Source: a virus (Duplodnaviria; Caudoviricetes). From it: a stretch of DNA of 64,000 bases. How positions within the stretch are numbered: the first letter of the stretch is position 1; the number at the start of each line of letters is the position of its first letter. Positions 38,087 to 46,636 of the stretch are shown here, one piece after another. The stretch is taken from positions 120,916 through 184,915 of the IMG/VR virus record IMGVR_UViG_3300015607_004925. One strand, given 5' to 3'. The notes under the pieces were generated by a model. The model did not search any database. It had not been told where the DNA came from and worked only from the letters and a program-made list of their open reading frames with translations. Position numbers and translations under genes: made by a program.

Positions 38087-38277
38087 AGGCACAGTGGCGC
38101 GACTCACACGGTGTCGTGCATACGCTCGTGGTGTACAACTACGACGGTGTTACGTGGTGCAACGCCTTCATCGCCGGCAAGAACTACCGACTGATTGACG
38201 CCACACCGACGTGCGTCGCCTGCATCGGGGAGGCGGCGCGCTACTACGCATCGCGTGGCGCTAGAGGGGGCGCATGA
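38083..38277 (+). CDS. HC3-like finger family member 23
   Basis: WRDSHGVVH...TWC...TPTCVAC. Confidence 0.72.
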   Translation: MKAQWRDSHGVVHTLVVYNYDGVTWCNAFIAGKNYRLIDATPTCVACIGEAARYYASRGARGGA

Positions 38278-38489
38278 TCATCGAGCGTGAACCGATCGTC
38301 ATCGCGACGGCCTACCTGCGCACCTACGGCGCCCACGCCCTCGTGCATCGCGCGTTCAGTGAGCACGACTTCGTCGCCTACAAGGGATACTTCATCCCTT
38401 GCATCGGCTGGTGGTTGCCTGACGACCGCTGCTACCTGGCGTCAACCACACCGACGTGCGTCCGCTGCATCGCAACAAGGAGACCATGA
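38274..38489 (+). CDS. HC3-like finger family member 24
   Basis: ALVH...IPC...TPTCVRC. Confidence 0.72.
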   Translation: MIIEREPIVIATAYLRTYGAHALVHRAFSEHDFVAYKGYFIPCIGWWLPDDRCYLASTTPTCVRCIATRRP

Positions 38490-38824
38490 GCGAGAACCTG
38501 AAGGACTACGCCCAGCGCGCCAACGCGCTGGCCAAGGACCTGTTCGAGAAGCTGTCGGACTTCATCAACACGCACTCCGAGCCCTGGTTGTCCGTCGACG
38601 CCGAGGCCGAACCTAAACGCGCGGCGGTCGAGAAGCATCTGTGGGGCAAGGCCTTGCTCTGCGCGCTGGCGCAGCAGCTCGGCATCATCGAGGCGGCGCT
38701 GGTGGTCGGCGACGAGGTGCCCATGCACGAGGTGGTCGCCGTGCGGGAGCGGTGGATCCAGGAAGGCCATCGCCCCTGCATGGAGGTCATCGAGGCACAG
38801 GCCGCCGAGGACAAGGAGAACTAG
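38486..38824 (+). CDS. Hypothetical protein
   Basis: AAGGAG RBS, ATGA overlap. Confidence 0.65.
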   Translation: MSENLKDYAQRANALAKDLFEKLSDFINTHSEPWLSVDAEAEPKRAAVEKHLWGKALLCALAQQLGIIEAALVVGDEVPMHEVVAVRERWIQEGHRPCMEVIEAQAAEDKEN

Positions 38825-38947
38825 ATGGACATCTTCTTCAAGGTCGTCAAGCTCGTGATGAAGCTACTTGGCCTCCTCGAGCGGGTTCAGGGCCATACGC
38901 GGATGGGTGGCCTCGTGAAGGTCGCCGCGTACTGGCGCCGGGCGTGA
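38825..38947 (+). CDS. Small amphipathic peptide (40 aa)
   Basis: AAGGAG RBS; MDIFFKVVKLVMKLLGLLERVQGHTR...VAAYWRRA. Confidence 0.55.
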   Translation: MDIFFKVVKLVMKLLGLLERVQGHTRMGGLVKVAAYWRRA

Positions 38948-39126
38948 AGCTCGTGCGCGATGCGACCTGGACGGACGTGCGTGGTGTTGTGCACGTCGTC
39001 GAATGGGGGATCGCGGTGCGATCGGGATTGCCTGGCTACTTCCTGGCCTGCCGCGGGACGATGATCGCGGCGCCTGACACGGAGGACCACACACCGACGT
39101 GCGTCTACTGCGTGGCGGGGACGTGA
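38944..39126 (+). CDS. HC3-like finger family member 25
   Basis: WTDVRGVVH...LAC...TPTCVYC. Confidence 0.72.
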   Translation: MKLVRDATWTDVRGVVHVVEWGIAVRSGLPGYFLACRGTMIAAPDTEDHTPTCVYCVAGT

Positions 39127-39362
39127 TCGTGGGCTACTGGTACAAGGGACCCGCGGCGCAAGACGCCAACCACGTGGTCCACCTGTGCATCGGTAGCTAT
39201 GGCGGCGTGCCGGGCGAGTTCCTGGTGCTGTGCACGAACAACTGGATGCGCTTCGACGCGCGCCTCCCAGGGTACGTCGCCGTGGACACCATGATCACGT
39301 GCGTCGTGTGCGCGATGTTCGTCGTGCACGACGGCGAGGTCTCATCGTGGGTGCCGCGATGA
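39123..39362 (+). CDS. HC3-like finger family member 26
   Basis: DANHVVH...VLC...MITCVVC. Confidence 0.7.
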   Translation: MIVGYWYKGPAAQDANHVVHLCIGSYGGVPGEFLVLCTNNWMRFDARLPGYVAVDTMITCVVCAMFVVHDGEVSSWVPR

Positions 39363-39583
39363 GGACGGCCGTCATCGAACGCGACGGTGTTCTTCACTAC
39401 GCGCTGATGGGCATGGGCCGAAACAACGGACGCCGCTGGTGCCTGTTCTGCAACTGGTCGTCGATCCTGCGCGCCAGGTACACCGACGAGGACATCCAAG
39501 AAGGCCTCCCCACGTGTGTGAGGTGCCTCGGAGAGGAAGCGCTGCGTGGCAAGGACCTCGAGCCCATTGATCACGGTCTTTGA
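39359..39583 (+). CDS. HC3-like finger family member 27
   Basis: RDGVLH...LFC...LPTCVRC. Confidence 0.72.
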   Translation: MRTAVIERDGVLHYALMGMGRNNGRRWCLFCNWSSILRARYTDEDIQEGLPTCVRCLGEEALRGKDLEPIDHGL

Positions 39584-39740
39584 AGACTACAAGGGCCTCG
39601 TACATCGCGCGGTGCACGTCGTTCCTGTGCCCGGCGGGTACTACGGGGAAGCCGACTGCGACCCGTACCTCGTCGGCGCGGTCGTGTACGCCTCCGAGCT
39701 GCCGCCGCTGACGTGCGTGCGATGCTTGGTGATCCGATGA
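39546..39740 (+). CDS. HC3-like finger family member 28
   Basis: DYKGLVH...ADC...PLTCVRC. Confidence 0.7.
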   Translation: MARTSSPLITVFEDYKGLVHRAVHVVPVPGGYYGEADCDPYLVGAVVYASELPPLTCVRCLVIR

Positions 39741-39952
39741 TGTGCGTCGCCGGGCGCCCCGTCCACAAGGACCGCCAGGGCGTCGTCCACTTCGCCTACA
39801 ACCGGGGCGACACGTTCTTCGAGGTGTTGTGCGAGGTCTACGTGCTGCAGACACGGCCCGACACCGACGAGCCGGTGGGCACGCCAGTCACGTGCCTCGC
39901 GTGCTGGTACATGGTGATCAACCAAGGCGCCAAGGCGAAAGGGCAGCGATGA
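39737..39952 (+). CDS. HC3-like finger family member 29
   Basis: DRQGVVH...VLC...PVTCLAC. Confidence 0.72.
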   Translation: MMCVAGRPVHKDRQGVVHFAYNRGDTFFEVLCEVYVLQTRPDTDEPVGTPVTCLACWYMVINQGAKAKGQR

Positions 39953-40155
39953 CAGACCTCGAGCATCTGGTGCCGATCGGCTACGTGACGTGGCAGACGC
40001 CCGACGGCCTCATCCACGTGGCGTGGCAGGCGTCGACCAACCGCTACGCCGACTACCACACGAGCTGCGCGCCGATACGCCCCCGCACGCCGGCGTACGG
40101 CCGGAGGGTCGACCACGCGCCCACACGTGTGCCGTGCGTCGCAGGGCGTCGCTGA
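39949..40155 (+). CDS. HC3-like finger family member 30 (Cys->Arg degenerate)
   Basis: PDGLIH...TSC...APTRVPC (CGT where TGT expected). Confidence 0.62.
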   Translation: MTDLEHLVPIGYVTWQTPDGLIHVAWQASTNRYADYHTSCAPIRPRTPAYGRRVDHAPTRVPCVAGRR

Positions 40156-40382
40156 TGTACACGCACAGCTTCCGCGACCGCGCCGGCGTCGTCCACATCG
40201 TGGCGATGCCGACGAGCCGCACGCCCTACGCCGCGTGCGGCACCATCTACTTCGATCTCGACAAATCCGACCGCGCCTTTCATTTCGTGCCCGGCGTGGC
40301 CACGTGCCTGCGCTGCTGGGCGCGCGAGTTGCTCGAATGGACGTGGGAGGCCAACACCTCCACACCTCAGAAAGGTTTATGA
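40155..40382 (+). CDS. HC3-like finger family member 31
   Basis: RDRAGVVH...AACG...VATCLRC. Confidence 0.72.
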   Translation: MYTHSFRDRAGVVHIVAMPTSRTPYAACGTIYFDLDKSDRAFHFVPGVATCLRCWARELLEWTWEANTSTPQKGL

Positions 40383-40389
40383 GATAAAC
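40375..40389. promoter_or_regulatory. Palindromic operator/promoter element (perfect) abutting ATG
   Basis: GTTTAT GAG ATAAAC-ATGATG. Confidence 0.72.
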
Positions 40390-40860
40390 ATGATGACCGA
40401 GCAAGAGACCAAGGACTTCGGCGCCCAGATCGTCGCCCGGCTCAAGACCGAGGAGGCGCTCGAGGCCATCGCCGCGGACGTCGATGCACAGATGGCGACG
40501 GTGGACGGCGCCCACTTCCAGGCATGGACGTGCACGCTGGTCGAGGGTGGTGGCGAAAGGACCCCGACGTACCGCCTGCGCCTGCAGCGGCTCAACCAGC
40601 GCCTGATCGAGCGGCCCGCGTTCTTCGCGGCGATGGAGCGCTACCACGTGACCAGGGTGGCGCAGCAGGTGATCTTGCTCGTGGCCGCCGGCAAGTTCGA
40701 GCAAGCAAACCAGTGCCAGCACCCGTGGCGCCGCACGCTCGCCGCCGGAACACCCGCACACACCCAGTACCAGGACACGCTCGCGCGCGGCGAGGCGGAC
40801 GCCACGGATCCCCGGGTCAAGGCGCAGTTGCGCGCGCTGCTCGACGACTGGTCGCGATGA
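40390..40860 (+). CDS. Hypothetical protein
   Basis: 156 aa, codon bias. Confidence 0.65.
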   Translation: MMTEQETKDFGAQIVARLKTEEALEAIAADVDAQMATVDGAHFQAWTCTLVEGGGERTPTYRLRLQRLNQRLIERPAFFAAMERYHVTRVAQQVILLVAAGKFEQANQCQHPWRRTLAAGTPAHTQYQDTLARGEADATDPRVKAQLRALLDDWSR

Positions 40861-41240
40861 GCGCGCTGCACGTCGAGGTCGGACAGAAGGTCGTGGTGCA
40901 TGGCGATCCCCGAACCCACGTCGTCAGCTGGACCAGTCATCGAGCGTGGGACTCCGTGTGCGAACACATCATCGAGGACTACCAGCCCGACTACTACACG
41001 CAACTGCTCGAGGCCGACCGGGACGCGATGGAACGTCGCCGCTACGCGCCGCACCCGTACCCCGAGGACACCGATCTCGGCGACAAGGACACCCACACGG
41101 AGCATCCGGCACTGCAGTTGCAGGTGGCACCTGACGACGCCCCCATCACCTGCCTGGTGTGCCTGATCAGGTGGTGGCACCTCGATGACGCCGCGACGCA
41201 CGACGAGGACGCGGACGACAACCCGTGGCCGTATCCATGA
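40857..41240 (+). CDS. HC3-like finger family member 32 (long loop)
   Basis: DPRTH...SVC-x~50-PITCLVC. Confidence 0.62.
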   Translation: MSALHVEVGQKVVVHGDPRTHVVSWTSHRAWDSVCEHIIEDYQPDYYTQLLEADRDAMERRRYAPHPYPEDTDLGDKDTHTEHPALQLQVAPDDAPITCLVCLIRWWHLDDAATHDEDADDNPWPYP

Positions 41241-41467
41241 CGCGGTTCGTGCGCATGACCGACGCGGTCAACGACGCGATGGATGAAGGCGGCCTCGTCC
41301 ACGTGGGGACGTATTGGGTCGCATCCGCGACCAACACGCAGCCAAATAAGTCCAGCAGGACCTACGAGGGCGTGCTGTGTCGCCGCGCGGAGATGGCGCT
41401 CACGTACACGTCGGCGGCGCCGACGTGTGTGGTGTGCCTCGTCAGATGGCTGCACGCCCGCGCGTGA
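41237..41467 (+). CDS. HC3-like finger family member 33
   Basis: DEGGLVH...VLC...APTCVVC. Confidence 0.7.
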   Translation: MTRFVRMTDAVNDAMDEGGLVHVGTYWVASATNTQPNKSSRTYEGVLCRRAEMALTYTSAAPTCVVCLVRWLHARA

Positions 41468-41509
41468 CCTGTCGCCACGGACACGTAACACCCACACAAG
41501 GAGATCGAC

Positions 41510-41866
41510 ATGGCGCTCAACAACAACAAGACGGACCTGCCCGTCTGCAAACACTGTGGCTGGCAGATGGCGGGCTTCCACGAAGAACGCACCCACGAAG
41601 CGACGTGCACGCGCGCGGCCGCCGGCAAGCAGGCGGTCGCGCTCGCGGCGCGCTTCCCCGAGATCGAGGCGACCCAGCACGGGTACGGCACCGGCGTGCT
41701 CGTGTTCGAGATCGACAAGGACTACAACATCAAGCTGAGCTGTCACGACGACGGCTTCTACATCGAGGACGTGTGGCTGCTGGGCGAGCTGTCGCCGGAT
41801 GCCGCCGCCGACTTCGTGCAGACGCTCGCGGCGTGGCGGGCGCGGCACCCGCCGAAGGCGCGGTGA
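41510..41866 (+). CDS. Hypothetical protein with N-terminal CxxC finger
   Basis: AAGGAG RBS; CKHC...H...C. Confidence 0.62.
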   Translation: MALNNNKTDLPVCKHCGWQMAGFHEERTHEATCTRAAAGKQAVALAARFPEIEATQHGYGTGVLVFEIDKDYNIKLSCHDDGFYIEDVWLLGELSPDAAADFVQTLAAWRARHPPKAR

Positions 41867-41867
41867 C

Positions 41868-42065
41868 GTGATCACCCGCCGTACGGCCCTCGACAGTCAA
41901 GGCGTGCGGCACCTGGTGTTCATCCTGACCGGCTACCCGACGGGCTCGATGACGTGCGCGATGCAAAGCGGCGTGCCAGGTGACCAGGTCGACAAGACGT
42001 TCTCGCCGATCACGTGCGTCGAGTGCCTCGTGTTCGAGATGGGGCTACGTAGCCGTGGCCAGTGA
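41868..42065 (+). CDS. HC3-like finger family member 34
   Basis: DSQGVRH...MTC...PITCVEC. Confidence 0.7.
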   Translation: MITRRTALDSQGVRHLVFILTGYPTGSMTCAMQSGVPGDQVDKTFSPITCVECLVFEMGLRSRGQ

Positions 42066-42306
42066 CGACGAAGACGACGACGCCGACGCCGTCGTGATGT
42101 GCCCCGACACCCACGGCGTCATCCACCTGGTGCTCCTCAACGGCTCGTGGCGTCGCAGCATCTGCTCGGCGTGGGGACGGAGCATGGCCCACAACACCCT
42201 GCTGTGGAGCGCGCCGGGGCCCTTCGCCTTCCCGACGTGCGTGTTCTGCGTGTTCTACGTGTTCTACACAGAGCACGAGCGCCGGCAGAGCGCAGCGACA
42301 TCATGA
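42055..42306 (+). CDS. HC3-like finger family member 35
   Basis: DTHGVIH...SIC...FPTCVFC. Confidence 0.7.
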   Translation: MASDDEDDDADAVVMCPDTHGVIHLVLLNGSWRRSICSAWGRSMAHNTLLWSAPGPFAFPTCVFCVFYVFYTEHERRQSAATS

Positions 42307-42485
42307 GATGGGGCGACGCCTGCAAGACACCCGAGGGCGCGCTCACCCACCTGGTCGCGTTCTCGACGGCGTGGACGTGGTGCGGATGCAAGACGGACCC
42401 GCTGGACGTGGTGCCGACGCCGCCGACGTGCCTCATGTGCATCGTGATCGCGGCAGATTGGAGCAGGCGATGGCAGCGGCGATGA
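42303..42485 (+). CDS. HC3-like finger family member 36
   Basis: EGALTH...TWCG...PPTCLMC. Confidence 0.7.
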   Translation: MRWGDACKTPEGALTHLVAFSTAWTWCGCKTDPLDVVPTPPTCLMCIVIAADWSRRWQRR

Positions 42486-42721
42486 GCCCTCGGCCCTACG
42501 GACGCCGCGCGACGCCGTCGCGGCAGCGGATCCGCAACCACGATGGCGTCGTGCACATCGTGTGCGAGGACGGCGCGATCGTCGCGTGCGGCCTCCGCGT
42601 GTCGGCGACGCCCTGGAGGGAGACGCGGGACATGATCAACGGACCCTACCTATCCGCCGACGCGATCGCGACGTGCGTGGTGTGTCTGGCGTACGCGCGG
42701 CCGCCGAAGAGGCGACCATGA
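42482..42721 (+). CDS. HC3-like finger family member 37
   Basis: HDGVVH...VACG...IATCVVC. Confidence 0.72.
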   Translation: MSPRPYGRRATPSRQRIRNHDGVVHIVCEDGAIVACGLRVSATPWRETRDMINGPYLSADAIATCVVCLAYARPPKRRP

Positions 42722-42924
42722 CGCCTGGTAGCATCGTCGAGGTCGCTGGGCTCTTCCATCAGGTATGGGCGACGCACGGCACCTACGACAAAACCTATAC
42801 GTACTGCGGGATGCGCGTACGGCACGCGAACGAGGCCCAGACCTCGCTGATGACGTGCGTGGCCTGCCTCGCGACCATGATGGCGTACGACCGCGCGCGG
42901 GCGCGGCGTTGGCAGTTCCTGTGA
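42718..42924 (+). CDS. HC3-like finger family member 38
   Basis: AGLFH...TYCG...LMTCVAC. Confidence 0.7.
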   Translation: MTPGSIVEVAGLFHQVWATHGTYDKTYTYCGMRVRHANEAQTSLMTCVACLATMMAYDRARARRWQFL

Positions 42925-43106
42925 GCGCGGAAAGGCTCCCGCGATGGACCGACCCGCGCACCGGACTCGTCCACTTGGTGGACGAGGACCTGAACTGGTA
43001 CGCGGTGTATTGCACGTGGCGAACCATCGAACACCCGCACGTGTTCACGACGGACGCCATGTTGACGTGCGTGCGGTGCATCGCGATCGCGCCGCGCGGC
43101 GCGTGA
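42921..43106 (+). CDS. HC3-like finger family member 39
   Basis: WTDPRTGLVH...VYC...MLTCVRC. Confidence 0.72.
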   Translation: MSAERLPRWTDPRTGLVHLVDEDLNWYAVYCTWRTIEHPHVFTTDAMLTCVRCIAIAPRGA

Positions 43107-43170
43107 CGACGCTACGACGGCGCGACGCTATGGCGCTACGACGCTACGACGCTACGGCGGCGCGACGGCA
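43107..43170. repeat. 8 x 8-bp tandem repeat (consensus CGACGCTA)
   Basis: cgacgcta cgacggcg cgacgcta tggcgcta cgacgcta cgacgcta cggcggcg cgacggca at a convergent gene junction. Confidence 0.8.
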
Positions 43171-43958
43171 CTTGGGGGCGAGGCGAACGTCGTGGCTGCG
43201 TCACGCGCAGCGGGGACAGCGTGGCGACGGCCGCGGGGTCGCGTCGGCTTGGTCGCGTACATGCGCGGCTTGCGCGGGCGTTCGCCGAGCACGCGGCTCA
43301 TGTACTCGGCGAGGCGCGTACGCGAGACGTAACCGTCGACGGACATCTCGTCCTGCAGCTTCTTGTTGAGCGCGGTGATGCGATCACGCACCGATTGCTG
43401 CGTGCGTCGGCCGTTCAAGGCCTCGAGGACGTAGCCCCACTCCTCATCGGTCAGCGCCTGATGCTTCGCCTGACCGACGCCGATCGTACGCTGCCCGAAC
43501 CAGCGGCGCAGCACCGCGTCCTCCTCCAACGTCCATTCAGGACCGCGCACCATCTTGCCGAACTTCGCGACGCGCGCCTCTGGCGGCGTGTACGGCGTGA
43601 GGTTGCGGCGCGATGGGCGGATGAGCGAGAAGTCCTCGTTCGCGGCCTTGATGAACGTGACCGCGGCGGTGAAGAACGCGGTCGCGGCCGAATACACGGC
43701 GAACACCTGCAACGCGGGGAGCGTGTAGCAGGGGCGGTTGTCGATCAGCAGGAAGTCGGAGGCCGCGCGCCATGGCCGGCGAATGTGCCGCGTCCCGTTG
43801 GCAGCTTGCAGCTCCGTGACGTAGCGGTCGAGGACCTTCTTTCGCGCCTCCTCGTGGTCAACGAGGTCGCCTTGGTCGAGTCGGTAGTTGCCAGTGAAGA
43901 CGTTGTAGGGCACCTCGAGCGCCCAGTGATTCTTTCGGCGAAAAACGTGCAATGTCAT
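43152..43958 (-). CDS. Myb/SANT-like DNA-binding domain protein
   Basis: EWTLEEDAVLRRWFG...EEWGYVLEALNGRRTQQSVRDRI. Start MTLHVF chosen; ORF is open to 44153. Confidence 0.65.
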   Translation of the reverse strand: MTLHVFRRKNHWALEVPYNVFTGNYRLDQGDLVDHEEARKKVLDRYVTELQAANGTRHIRRPWRAASDFLLIDNRPCYTLPALQVFAVYSAATAFFTAAVTFIKAANEDFSLIRPSRRNLTPYTPPEARVAKFGKMVRGPEWTLEEDAVLRRWFGQRTIGVGQAKHQALTDEEWGYVLEALNGRRTQQSVRDRITALNKKLQDEMSVDGYVSRTRLAEYMSRVLGERPRKPRMYATKPTRPRGRRHAVPAARDAATTFASPPSAVAPP

Positions 43959-43959
43959 G

Positions 43960-44484
43960 GGGATAGACACGTTTTGCGCGAAGAAATCCTTCCGAAGCGC
44001 GTCGTGGGCAGCGAACGGAAGGTAAGTGAACGGATTGAACTGGATTCTGTAGCTGGTTTGATGGGTTTTCAAGAGTGTAGCTCCAGCGTTTCGCCCACAT
44101 ATCAGTCTAAGACAGCGTTTTAGATAAAGAATTCCTGGGGAATGTCTGATCATACACGAAATGCGAAGACCCTCTCAAAAAAACCCCATGTATTTATACG
44201 CGGTGTTTGTAGATAGACCCGCGAGATCCCCCTACGTATGCACGTAGCTACGCACCTAGAGCGACATGTAGGCAAAAAAAAGATGCGTCGCCACGTGAGA
44301 GGGTCTTGGTAGATACCAGCTGATCAGTCAGTTTGTTTCGTCCTCCCCCCGCCACCCCTCTCCTTCTTCTCCATGGAGTTCTCGTAGTGTAGTAGTAGTA
44401 GAGACGCGGCGCGGGGCGCTCGGGGAGGCATGGTTTGCCGGCGATTGCGTGTTTCTGTACTCGTTGATTGGGGTCAAACCAGAC
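43960..44484. other. AT-rich divergent intergenic region (candidate origin/terminus/promoter hub)
   Basis: Visibly lower GC than the rest; A8 tracts, GTATTTATAC, palindrome CGTAGCTACG, pyrimidine tract, GTAGTAGTAG. Confidence 0.5.
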
Positions 44485-45081
44485 ATGAATCGTCTTTGTT
44501 TTCACTCGAATCCGATCCCGAACCTGGTTCCCGACCTCGCATTTCTCGACCGCTACATCGAGCGAACGGAGCGCGGCGACCACTGGCTGATTCGCGACGG
44601 GAAGAAGCCAGACCGGCGGCACAACCACCGCGGCCAGGCCTTCATCCGGTTGCGTGTTCGGCCCACCGTGGCGACCTCGTACCGCGACAGCGGCGAGTAC
44701 TGCCTGGCGCGCCTCCTGATCGAAGCCACGCAGCCGCCAGCACCGCCAGCACCGCCACGCAGCTCCTACGTGAACGCGTGCGGTCTTACGCAGTGCGTAA
44801 ACCCTGTTCACTGGCGCTTGCTCGTGCCGCCGGCGCGGTGGCGCTTCGAGCTGGACGTCCTTGCGACCTGGCAGCTGGTTCGCACGCGTACAGGCAAGCC
44901 GGCGACCGACCCCGAGGTCGTTCGTGCGCGTGACCGCGCGGGTGTCGTCCACGTGTTCTCCACGGTGCCTGCGCATCAGCGTCGCGCTGGCGTGATGCCT
45001 ACCGCCGTCTGCGGGGCCACGTTCTATCCACCTGACCTCGTGGTCGTCGCCGCGCCGGTCACCTGTGCGAAAGGTTGTTGA
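44485..45081 (+). CDS. Member 40: degenerate HNH (His-Me finger) domain + HC3-like finger
   Basis: DHWL...YVNACGLTQCVNPVHW; RDRAGVVH...AVCG...PVTCAKGC. Confidence 0.65.
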   Translation: MNRLCFHSNPIPNLVPDLAFLDRYIERTERGDHWLIRDGKKPDRRHNHRGQAFIRLRVRPTVATSYRDSGEYCLARLLIEATQPPAPPAPPRSSYVNACGLTQCVNPVHWRLLVPPARWRFELDVLATWQLVRTRTGKPATDPEVVRARDRAGVVHVFSTVPAHQRRAGVMPTAVCGATFYPPDLVVVAAPVTCAKGC

Positions 45082-45624
45082 GTGGGTCGCCTGATTCCTC
45101 CCCACATCGGTTTGTGGCGCCAGGTCGTGCTGCCGACGCAGGCCCAGCTCGAGCCGTTCGTCGAACGTGAGCACGACCACTGGTTCTGGGGTGGTGACTT
45201 CCACGATTTCGATGGCACGCGGCTCGCCGTCTTGCCTTGGGGGCAGACCAAGATCGTCGTGGTTCGCGCCCTCTGGGTTTATGCCAACAACATCGACACC
45301 CACGAGACCGTGTACCTGCGGCGCGCGTGCGCGTACAGTGCGTGCGTGTGTCCCGCCCACGTCGTACGGGTCGGCGAAGGTTTCAACAACAAGACGTACG
45401 TCATGACCAAGCCGCTCCCGTTGCGCGACGGCACGTTGCTCGTGCGTCACGAGGCTGGTGGGCGCATCCACCTGAAGCCCGAGGACGTCACGCACACGCT
45501 GTGTGGGCGACGTGTGAGACCTCGCCGGCCTTGTGTCAGCGCGACGCCGGTACAAGGCCTGATCGACTGCCAGGACTGCATCCGTACCGTGCTCGCGCAG
45601 GGTTACGTGTTGGAGACGCGGTGA
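45082..45624 (+). CDS. Member 41: degenerate HNH domain + HC3-like finger
   Basis: DHWFWGG...LRRACAYSACVCPAHV; GGRIH...TLCG...IDCQDC. Confidence 0.62.
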   Translation: MGRLIPPHIGLWRQVVLPTQAQLEPFVEREHDHWFWGGDFHDFDGTRLAVLPWGQTKIVVVRALWVYANNIDTHETVYLRRACAYSACVCPAHVVRVGEGFNNKTYVMTKPLPLRDGTLLVRHEAGGRIHLKPEDVTHTLCGRRVRPRRPCVSATPVQGLIDCQDCIRTVLAQGYVLETR

Positions 45625-45839
45625 TGCACTACTTGGTCAGCGCCCGCAACGTCCTCGGCAAGGACGGCCTCGTCCATGGCGCGTTTCGTGACGGGGAGAA
45701 CGGCGCGCTCCGTGGACATGTGTACGTGCCTTGCGTCCGGCGTTTCTTTGCCGTGCCGTATGGCGACATCTCGTACACGTGGCGGGATGTCACGTGTGTG
45801 CAGTGTCTTGCGTACGGTACGAGCCAGGCCGCGCCATGA
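45624..45839 (+). CDS. HC3-like finger family member 42
   Basis: KDGLVH...VPC...DVTCVQC. Confidence 0.7.
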   Translation: MHYLVSARNVLGKDGLVHGAFRDGENGALRGHVYVPCVRRFFAVPYGDISYTWRDVTCVQCLAYGTSQAAP

Positions 45840-45990
45840 AGACGTGGATCGGTTGCCTCGGCCTTCGTCAAGCGCGCGTCGTCACGTGTGTGTGTGGTGT
45901 CTCGTCGGAATTGAACGACGTACGTGATAAACATCGAACGGAGATCGTCATGAACACAGCGCACGAAACCAAGAACGAGGTGACCGCCTG

Positions 45991-46188
45991 ATGTCGACGC
46001 TGCTCGCCACGACCATCACGGTCAAGTTCTCGACGAAGCACGGCGAAAGCCGCGAGGCGACGATCGAACAGGCGCCGTACGAGAGCTGTGACGCGTTCTT
46101 CGTGCGCGTCCGGGCGATGCACGACCAGCTCAAGGTCGCGCGTCCCGGGACCATCTACGACCCGAGCAAGGAGGGCGTCCGTGGTTGA
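45991..46188 (+). CDS. Hypothetical protein
   Basis: GAGGT RBS; TGATG coupling. Confidence 0.5.
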   Translation: MSTLLATTITVKFSTKHGESREATIEQAPYESCDAFFVRVRAMHDQLKVARPGTIYDPSKEGVRG

Positions 46189-46579
46189 AGTCGTCGCGGG
46201 GCTGTACATGCAGGACGGCAAGGCGCTGCTCGGGCTGCGCAAGCCCGACGGCAGGCGTGGCGGCCTCTGGGAGTGTCCTGGCGGCAAGGTCGACCCGGGG
46301 GAGTCGCACCTGGCGGCGTTGCGTCGCGAGTGGCACGAGGAACTGGGCGTGGCCGCCTCGTGGATCAACCAGCAGCCTATCGCGACCGCGTTCTTCGACC
46401 TCGAGATCTGCTTCACCGTCACGCTCTACGCCGTGCGTGCCATCCGCGGTACGCCGCAGTGTCTCGACCACGCCGAGCTGCGCTGGGTCGACCTCAAGCA
46501 CGCCATCGAGTACCTGCCGTGCTCCCCGGCGATGTACCTCCACTGGCCGATGGTGCGCTGGTGGCTGGAGCGGGCGTGA
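46181..46579 (+). CDS. NUDIX (MutT-like) hydrolase
   Basis: Nudix box WECPGGKVDPGESHLAALRREWHEELG; AAGGAGG RBS. Confidence 0.88.
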   Translation: MVEVVAGLYMQDGKALLGLRKPDGRRGGLWECPGGKVDPGESHLAALRREWHEELGVAASWINQQPIATAFFDLEICFTVTLYAVRAIRGTPQCLDHAELRWVDLKHAIEYLPCSPAMYLHWPMVRWWLERA

Positions 46580-46636
46580 ACGCCGAGCCTGACGGCCCGG
46601 CCCCGTCCGGGCATCCGCGACACGTGAAAGGTTCCC

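Noticed and set aside
30620-43106. CRISPR array or integron cassette array as the explanation for the recurring motifs
   Set aside because: Recurrences are degenerate, protein-coding and irregularly spaced; no identical repeats, cas genes, attC-like spacers or integrase seen.
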